From assembly GCA_038131935.1 (NCBI GenBank), contig JAYPQH010000026.1, forward strand, positions 1-26,719: DNA of 26,719 nt, written 5' to 3'. Made by a program: the position numbers and the translations under genes. Below the pieces are notes generated by a model that saw only the letters and a list, made by a program, of their open reading frames with translations, was not told the origin of the DNA and searched no databases. How positions within the stretch are numbered: the stretch's first letter is position 1; every line of letters begins with the position of its first letter. Origin of the DNA: Alphaproteobacteria bacterium. Lineage in GTDB: Bacteria > Pseudomonadota > Alphaproteobacteria > UBA8317. Of this stretch, positions 19,713 through 26,719 are shown in pieces.

Positions 19713-22700
19713 ATGACCAATTCTTTGGTTCAGCTTTTCGGTCGATTGGTATTTTTGGTTGTCATGCTTACTACCATTGCAGCTGGTGCTTTGCTGTATC
19801 GTCTACATGCTGACCCTATTTCACTTGATGCTTATAAAATGTTGATCATGGATGATTTGGAAAAAGCTTTAAAGGGTGCTGATTTCCAAGTTACAGATTT
19901 ACGTTTTGGTTTTCTAGCTTCCAAGCACCTACCTGTATTGATGGCGCGGAGGGTCATGGTGGATCATCCAGAAGGCGAGCAACGTTATGAAGCCAACAAT
20001 GTGGTATTTGAGGTTGATCTTCTTAAGTTGATCGGTGGAGATGTTGACTTAAAAGGCTTGTCGGTAGATCAAATAAACCTTCGCCTTAAAGATAGCCCAA
20101 AGAAAGTGAATAAAATACAAGTTATTCAAAGTCTTGTTGGAAAATTTGATAAGTATGTCGATGATATTAAAGGGCTTATAACATCTGATTTTGGGCGTGG
20201 ACTTGATAATATTCGTGTACGCAACTTCGCAGTTTCGCATGGTGATGATCAAGCATTCAAGATACGTGATCTTCTATTAGGACAGTCCACAGATTATTTG
20301 ATGGTGAGTGGTTTGCTGGGGGATGGTGGAAATTTTTTTCTAAGAACCAACCGTCACACAAAAAAAATTGAAGGAAAATTTCAAAATTTGCAGTTAGGAC
20401 CATTGTTTTCCTCTTTTGAAATAGGGGAAAAATCTTCTCTATCAGGGGAGTTAAATTTGATTGCGGATGGTGATGTTCCACGGCTTGTCGTAACAGCTAA
20501 AGGCGATAATTTTACCTATAAGGATAAAAATTTCTCAGCGACAATATCAGCGACGTTAACCAGCCAAGGTCTCAAGCTGGGAAAACATTAGAGTTGCTGA
20601 ACAAAATACCCAACTAAAAGTCCGTGGTCATTTGAAAAGTCTCGAGGCATCAGACCAAATTCATTTTTCTGGCGAGGGTTCGATGATGATCGATTTGGAT
20701 CAAACCCAACCCTTAGATGTCGAATTACACGATATTCAATGGCTGTATGATGATCTTGGCAACTTTTCACTCCAGGTTGTTTCACATCTTGACGAGATTT
20801 TTTCGACAGCAAGTTTAGGCAGACAAGGTGGTGAAGGCGCTCTCAATTGGGAAGTTTCCATGTCAGGTGTCGGTGTGGATCAGTTGATTTCTTATTGGCC
20901 AGAACAACTGGCTCCCCCTGTTCGAAAATGGATAAATGATCATATTCCTCGGGGACATTTCAATGATATAACCGCCCGACATCAGGGCGAACAGAATAAG
21001 ATACCTGAAATATCGTTTACGTTGCTAGATGGGCAATTAAATTTGCTTGATGAACAAATTTTGGTTGATACGCCCGAGGCTCGTGGTTTGCTTTCACAGG
21101 GCATGTTGTCCATCGGATTGCACCAAGCCTTTCTGAATGGGTTCGCGTTATCTGATGCCTCTGTGGTTATTTCCGGAATTGATGAACGCGATCAGGAACT
21201 TGTTGTAGACGCAAAAGCCAATGGCAATTTAGACAACCTCAAAAAACTCCTATCTTTGCCGAAAATTGATGTGTTAACTGACGAGGATACTGTTCAGTTG
21301 CCACAAGAAGGTACTCTATCTGGGCAAGTCACACTTAAATTGCCTCTTATCAAAAACCTTCTTTTTAAAGATGTGCACTTAGCTGTTGAGGGTAATCTTT
21401 ATGATGTTTCATGGCCGTTAAAAGGATGTTGGTGAGGTTACGTCTCGTGCTATTTCATATAGCTGGAGCAACAGTACCCCTTTGAGCTTTCAAGGCGGTA
21501 TGCAACTGAAGAATTTACCTTTTGATTTACGTGGCCGTTGGACAGATGAGGGGGGTCTTGATGCCCAAGTCTTGTGTGCCGATATTCCTCTCTCAAATTT
21601 AAGTTATTTGTTTGCTGATGAAAGTCTGTCTTCTATTTTTGACGCCAAGACCTTTTGTGACATACGTTTGCGTAAGATGAGCGAAGGTAATCTTTCTATT
21701 TTGGCCAGGCTTGATCTTGATGATGTTAGAATGGGGCGCATAGGACGTCTTTTGCTTGGTGAGAGGGTTCCCAGATCACTTCATTTCCAGGGTGGGAACG
21801 ATGATGTGATCAAAAACGTAGAATTAAGAACTTCCAAAGAACCTGTGTCAGTATTTATTTCAAGTGAGGAAGACATGTCTCTTCGCATCAGAGCGACAGG
21901 GCTACATTCCCCATATTTGGATGATGGTACATTATTGGTGCAACACCAATCAGATCAGATGATTGTACTTCTTGAAGCTATGCGTTTGGATGTCGCCAAA
22001 GTGATCGCAGATGATTTGGTATCAAGCAAAGATGAAAAGCGATCCATGGTTGTTAAGTTGCGCGTGAATGAACTCGATCTGCCATCGGGCTTAAACTCAC
22101 TTTTGTCAACAGAATAAACAATCCTCCCTCTAGCTGGAGGGAAGACTGTGATAGCTGGCCAAATCGGCGGGGATGTAAATGTCAGCATCGATATTCGTGA
22201 ACATGATGGCAGCTACAAAATCGTATCTGATCAAGGGGGAGAAATGCTTGCATTGCTCGGAATGGTCGAGGATGCTCGAGGTGGTCGATTGCAATTAGAT
22301 ATGAAGGCACAACAAGATGATATTTCTGGTATTTTGCGTTTAGATGATGTCCAAATAACCAGTATGCCGATTTTTATGAGGCTACTCTCTGTGGCTTCAT
22401 TACAAGGCGTTATCGATGGAATGCAGGGTAAGGTATACGTTTTTCATCCGTGGAATTGCCGTTTTCTCTTGCCAAACAACGAATACAAATTTCCAAGGGG
22501 TTGGCGAAGGGTCCTTCCGTTGGGGTGACAGTTTATGGATCCATTGTAGGTGGTGACAACAACAAAAATCTTCAACTAAGAGGCAATTTGATCCCTGTTT
22601 ATGGTGTGAATTCAATTGTTCAGCAAATCCCTCTGGTTGGAGATTTTATCACCGGTGGGGAGCGACAAGGTATCTTTTCCATCAATTATAAATTAACAGG

Positions 22701-22788
22701 TCCTTCAGAAAATCCTACAGTTTGGGTAAACCCAGCTGCTACGATGCTACCAGGTCCTATTAAGCGCTTGTTTCAGAGGGTGGAGTAA
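19713..22788 (+). CDS. YhdP/AsmA-like (DUF3971) envelope protein, split into five ORFs
   Basis: N-terminal TM anchor then RL---PISL; central YWPEQLAPPVRKWI motif; C-terminal AsmA_2-like region (RLLSVASLQG, GPSVG, GNLIPVYGVNS...IPLVG, GIFSINY-LTGP-ENP-VWVNP...LPG). Breaks near 20579-81, 21420-23, 22115-17 (in-frame TAA) and 22431-32. Confidence 0.8.
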
Positions 22789-22790
22789 GC

Positions 22791-22813
22791 TTCTGCCAGC
22801 CGAGCTGATAGAA
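22791..22813. terminator. Imperfect hairpin between convergent yhdP-like and tyrS genes
   Basis: TTCTGCCAGC-CGA-GCTGATAGAA. There is no clear U-tract, so termination is uncertain. Confidence 0.35.
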
Positions 22814-22829
22814 TTCAGATGGGTAGCAT

Positions 22830-24063
22830 CTAAATTTTTGCTTTCAATAGGACATGCTTTTTCTTGCCTAATGCCAGATGGATGGGTTTTTCCTTCAACG
22901 TCTGCAGTGATATCATCATCTTTTCATCAGTGATGGTTATCCCATCACATTCCACCCCACCTCCTTTTATAAGGCGTCTTACTTCGCTATTCGTTTCAGC
23001 CAAACCAGCGCGAACAACCACATGTAATATTCCCATTTCGTTGTTTTCTTCAAAATCTAGTTCAACAGTGGGTAACGCCTGAAGGTCCCCTCCTTGGAAA
23101 GCACCAGCTGCAGCTTTTTGAGCGAATATAGCTGCATCAATTCCGCGTGCTAACGTTGTGGCTTCCTGTGCGAGCCGTTCTTTTTGCTGGTTGATGTCTA
23201 ACCTTTCCACCTCAGAAATATCTGATGGGGTCATGTCCGTGAATAATTTCATAAACCTCGTCACATCACGGTCATCTGTATTTCTCCAAAATTGCCAATA
23301 GTCAAAATCAGACAACATATCTTTGTTAAGCCATACAGCACCAGAAGCTGTTTTGCCCATTTTGGCGCCACTTGCGGTGGTAATAAGCGGTGTTGTGAGG
23401 CCAAATACCTGCTTGCCGCTGACGCGTCTTGTCAGCTCAATGCCGTTTACAATATTGCCCACTGATCTGATCCCCCAATTGTAGGGCACAACCATACCTT
23501 TCACTCAGTTCATAAAAGTCATAGGCTTGAAGGATCATGTAATTGAATTCAATAAATGAAAGCGGCTGCTCTCTCTCCAATCTCAGTTTTACGCTATCAA
23601 AGCTCAACATACGGTTGACAGAAAAATGCCGACCAAAATCTCTTAAAAAATCTATGTAACTTAATTGAGATAGCCAATCATTATTATTGACCATGATGGC
23701 ATCAGAAGGACCATCGCCGAAGGAGAGGAATTGAGAAAATACACCGCGGAGACTTTCCATATTTTGGGCTATATCTTCATCAGTGAGCATTTTTCTTGTC
23801 TCATCTTTTCCAGATGGATCACCGACCTTTGTTGTGCCCCCTCCTAGCAACACAATGGGTTTGTGACCATGTGCTTGAAGTCTTCTTAAAATCATAATGG
23901 AAAGAAGATGGCCTACATGAAGACTTGGACCCGTACAATCAAACCCTACATAGGCACTTATTCTTTGATTGGTCATGCGTGTATTAAGCTCATTCAGATC
24001 AGTGCAGTCTTGAATAAATCCGCGTTCTTCAAGCTCTTCCAAAAGTGCTGTTGTCTGTGCCAT
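22830..24063 (-). CDS. tyrS: Tyrosine--tRNA ligase, with two adjacent apparent 1-nt deletions
   Basis: [15 protein letters not shown] (HIGH), [28 protein letters not shown][S]DQ[W]GNI, KMGKT (KMSKS), C-terminal S4 domain (LGKKKH). Likely start ATG at 24063. One G missing from each of the runs at 23472-76 and 23458-60. Confidence 0.95.
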
Positions 24064-24141
24064 GTCATCAATTCCTGTTTCGTCATGTTTACACAGCGGT
24101 TGCAACATGCGGCGGTTGGGGGTCAAGAGGATGTTAAAAAT

Positions 24142-25251
24142 ATGACTACATTTCATGCAATAGGACTCATGTCTGGCACATCACTTGATGGCATGGATGC
24201 TGCTTTTGTGGAAACAGATGGGCAAAATGTGATCAATGTATTGGCACATGCCCATCATGAATTTTCTTCAGCAGAACATATGGTTCACCAACAGGCTGTA
24301 GACGAGGCACGTGGATTCGGCAAAAATAACGCGTCCATCAAGAAATGTGCGAGGCTTCAATCAACTTTGGCGGCTTCCCTTGTAGGTAAACTTACAAAAG
24401 AGGTTGGTTTTTCTGCGGACGTCATCGGTTTCCATGGCCAAACACTTCTTCATGAACCAGACAAAGCACAAACGTTGCAAGTTGGTGATGCAGATTTACT
24501 CTGTCAACTGACGGGGATTCCTGTGATCCATCAATTTCGGTTGGCTGACGTCAAAAACGGAGGACAAGGAGCACCTCTTGTTCCTATCTATCACCAAGCT
24601 CTTTTGCAAAACAAAAACGCAAAGCCTAGTTGCATGATACTTAATATTGGTGGTGTGGGAAACATTACTTATTTAGGTAGGAGGGAGTTGATTGCGTTTG
24701 ATACCGGACCAGGCAATGGTTTGATGAATGATTTGGCAGCCGTGGTTCTTGGTGCAGCATTTGATCAAAATGGACAACTAGCGGCTAGTGGTAGGGTGCA
24801 TGAAGATCTCGTCACGGCCTTTTTGGATCATCCTTATTTTGATCAACTCCCGCCAAAATCTTTAGACCGTCATGACTTTGATATCGGTTTTGTACGAGGC
24901 TTGAGTTCAGCAGATGCAATGGCCACGTTATGTGCGGTCACAGCCCGTTGTGTCGTTGATGGATTAAGATTTCTCCCTGAACCTCCACATACTTGCTTTG
25001 TTGCCGGAGGGGGGCGTTTTAATAAAACGCTTATGGGCATGCTACAGCAACAGCTCCCTTTCCAGGTATGCCCCATAGAAGATGTCCAATTATCATCACA
25101 AGGTTTGGAATCTGAGGCCTTTGCCTATTTAGCTGTAAGATTTCTCAAAGGACTTCCCTCAAGCTTCCCATCCACCACAGGATGCAAAGAACCAACAGTT
25201 GCGGGTACATCTGTAGGCGCTCTTAACCTTGTCCAACGGGTCATTACATGA
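24142..25251 (+). CDS. anmK: Anhydro-N-acetylmuramic acid kinase
   Basis: [66 protein letters not shown]. Likely start ATG at 24142, divergent from tyrS. Confidence 0.95.
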   Translation: MTTFHAIGLMSGTSLDGMDAAFVETDGQNVINVLAHAHHEFSSAEHMVHQQAVDEARGFGKNNASIKKCARLQSTLAASLVGKLTKEVGFSADVIGFHGQTLLHEPDKAQTLQVGDADLLCQLTGIPVIHQFRLADVKNGGQGAPLVPIYHQALLQNKNAKPSCMILNIGGVGNITYLGRRELIAFDTGPGNGLMNDLAAVVLGAAFDQNGQLAASGRVHEDLVTAFLDHPYFDQLPPKSLDRHDFDIGFVRGLSSADAMATLCAVTARCVVDGLRFLPEPPHTCFVAGGGRFNKTLMGMLQQQLPFQVCPIEDVQLSSQGLESEAFAYLAVRFLKGLPSSFPSTTGCKEPTVAGTSVGALNLVQRVIT

Positions 25252-25912
25252 GGTCAAATTCTTCATGTTTTTTGGGCATTGATTGATCTGACACATAGTC
25301 TTTCACCAATCCCATCAGTTCATCCATGTGTTTTTCAAAGAAATGATTTGCGCCTTCTATTTCTTCGTGATCGATAACAATGCCTCTTTGCATCCTGAGT
25401 TTTTCTACAAGTTTTCTTACATCAAGTGGATCTACGATTTTATCATCCGTACCTTGTACAATCAAACCAGAAGAGGGACATGGGGCTAGGAATGAAAAAT
25501 CATACATGTTGGCAGGTGGAGAGATTGACACGAATCCCGTTGCCTCAGGTCTCCTCATGAGCAGCTGCATTCCAATCCATGCTCCAAAGGAAAATCCAGC
25601 AATCCAACAACCTGACGCTTCTTTGTGCATGGCTTGTAACCAATCGAGCGCAGCGGCGGCATCGCTTAATTCTCCAACGCCTTCATCATATTGCCCTTGT
25701 GAGCGCCCAACACCCCGAAAATTAAAACGTAAGACGGAAAAACCACATGCCTGAAATAGATAAAAAAGGTTGTAGACAACCTTATTATTCATGGTGCCTC
25801 CGAACTGAGGGTGAGGGTGCAAAATCAATGCGGTTGGGGCTTGCGGATGGGGACCAGGCTGGTAGCGTGCTTCGATTCTTCCCTCTGGACCTGGAATAAT
25901 TACCTCAGGCAT
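25244..25912 (-). CDS. Conserved alpha/beta hydrolase
   Basis: MPEVIIPGPEGRIE, HPHP-FGG-M-N, RFNFRGVGRS-G, GFSFG nucleophile elbow, Asp in DDKIV and His in ANHFF. Confidence 0.92.
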   Translation of the reverse strand: MPEVIIPGPEGRIEARYQPGPHPQAPTALILHPHPQFGGTMNNKVVYNLFYLFQACGFSVLRFNFRGVGRSQGQYDEGVGELSDAAAALDWLQAMHKEASGCWIAGFSFGAWIGMQLLMRRPEATGFVSISPPANMYDFSFLAPCPSSGLIVQGTDDKIVDPLDVRKLVEKLRMQRGIVIDHEEIEGANHFFEKHMDELMGLVKDYVSDQSMPKKHEEFDLM

Positions 25913-26067
25913 AATATATTCTCCGGAATTCTAAGATTTTAAACAATTACTCGGGTCTGGTTCACGATGTCAGACGTCCTAAACATGAAAATACCCTTAA
26001 GCAAACAATTGAGATACCCTCATCAATGTGGGTACCACGTTGAGAAAATGCCAGTAGGAAACAAGCT

Positions 26068-26494
26068 ATGAAACTTTCAACCAAGGGACAATACGCAGTG
26101 ATAGCACTAGTCGACATTTGCAACGCAATCCAGTGGAGCCGTGGTGTCGCTAGCGGACATAGCACAGAGGCAAGAAATTTCTCAGCGTTATCTAGAGCAA
26201 CTTTTTGCCAAACTTCGTCGTCATGGTCTGGTTGAAGGCGTAAAAGGTGCCTCTGGTGGTTATCGCATTACCAGAAATATAAATGATGTTACCTTACTCG
26301 ACATCATGAAGGCTGTTGATGAGCCTATCAAAACAACCCGCTGTGATGCATTAGATCGGGGTTTATGCCGACCCGGTGGTACAACTTGTCAGACGCATCG
26401 TATTTGGACTGAATTGGGTGATACAATTTCAAGTTTTTTACAGACGAAAACACTTGCTGATTTCCTACCCCCTCAGTCACGCCCTGTATCATGA
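26068..26494 (+). CDS. iscR: Rrf2 family Fe-S cluster regulator (IscR-like), with one apparent indel
   Basis: MKLSTKGQYAVIALVDI from ATG 26068; removing one T at 26117-19 joins it to VSLADIAQRQEIS-YLEQLFAKLRR-GLV...GGY. Three Cys plus His (C-x7-C-x6-C-x2-H) followed by W. Directly upstream of a cysteine desulfurase. Confidence 0.85.
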
Positions 26495-26719
26495 ACCGGC
26501 TTTATTTGGATCATAATGCAACTGCGCCTTTGCGTCCGGTTGCTGCTTCATGTTTTTCGACCATGGCTCAAGCCAATCCATCCTCAGTGCATGGTGATGG
26601 GCGCAAAGCGCGCAGGGAGGTCGAGAACGTTCGTGGATTGATTGCAGATATTGCAGGCATGGCACCAAGAAATGTTATTTTTACCTCTGGTGGTACGGAA
26701 GCAAATGCTATGCCAATCT
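26491..26719 (+). CDS. Cysteine desulfurase (IscS/NifS-like, class V aminotransferase), 3'-truncated
   Basis: MNRLYLDHNATAPL, NPSSVH-DG, VIFTSGGTEAN. ATGA overlap with the iscR stop. Not in the ORF track because it runs off the window. Confidence 0.9.
   Translation, partial: MNRLYLDHNATAPLRPVAASCFSTMAQANPSSVHGDGRKARREVENVRGLIADIAGMAPRNVIFTSGGTEANAMPI

Noticed and set aside
19713-22788. Five-gene novel operon of hypothetical proteins
   Set aside because: The fragments join into one YhdP/AsmA-like protein, three by single-base homopolymer fixes and one across an in-frame stop, in the usual bcp-to-tyrS position.
23908-24156. Head-to-head overlap of extended anmK (from 23908) and tyrS (from 24156) ORFs
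   Set aside because: Family homology starts at ATG 24142 (anmK) and ATG 24063 (tyrS); the extensions are chance open frames.
116-25754. Numerous 60-160 aa antisense or alternate-frame ORFs (e.g. 5044-5535, 4586-4963, 12139-12525, 25380-25754)
   Set aside because: All are nested in well-supported genes and lack motifs; expected shadow ORFs.
1-26719. Mobile elements, defence systems, CRISPR arrays, tRNA or rRNA genes
   Set aside because: None seen; nearly all sequence is explained by core genes and the spacers are short.

Overview
Compact housekeeping region of a low-GC (roughly low-40s %, estimated by eye) alphaproteobacterium. Gene order: aspS (partial), type II haloacid dehalogenase, class II (B12-dependent) ribonucleotide reductase nrdJ with tandem NrdR-like boxes, NDUFA12-like gene and mlaD, aat-accC-accB-aroQ-M48 peptidase, class I/II aminotransferase, rne, PBP1A, prfB, DUF455 ferritin-like gene, bcp, YhdP/AsmA-like gene, tyrS, anmK, alpha/beta hydrolase, iscR and a cysteine desulfurase (partial). 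Eight genes, including essential ones (tyrS, accC, prfB), are broken by 1-2 nt indels, mostly in short homopolymers. This most likely reflects unpolished long-read consensus error rather than biology. I found no mobile element, CRISPR array, tRNA, rRNA or convincing novel multi-gene system. The best leads are a prfB programmed +1 frameshift cassette with UAA instead of the canonical UGA, a structured and possibly switchable RNA element in the rne leader, and apparent loss of several genes from otherwise conserved alphaproteobacterial neighbourhoods.
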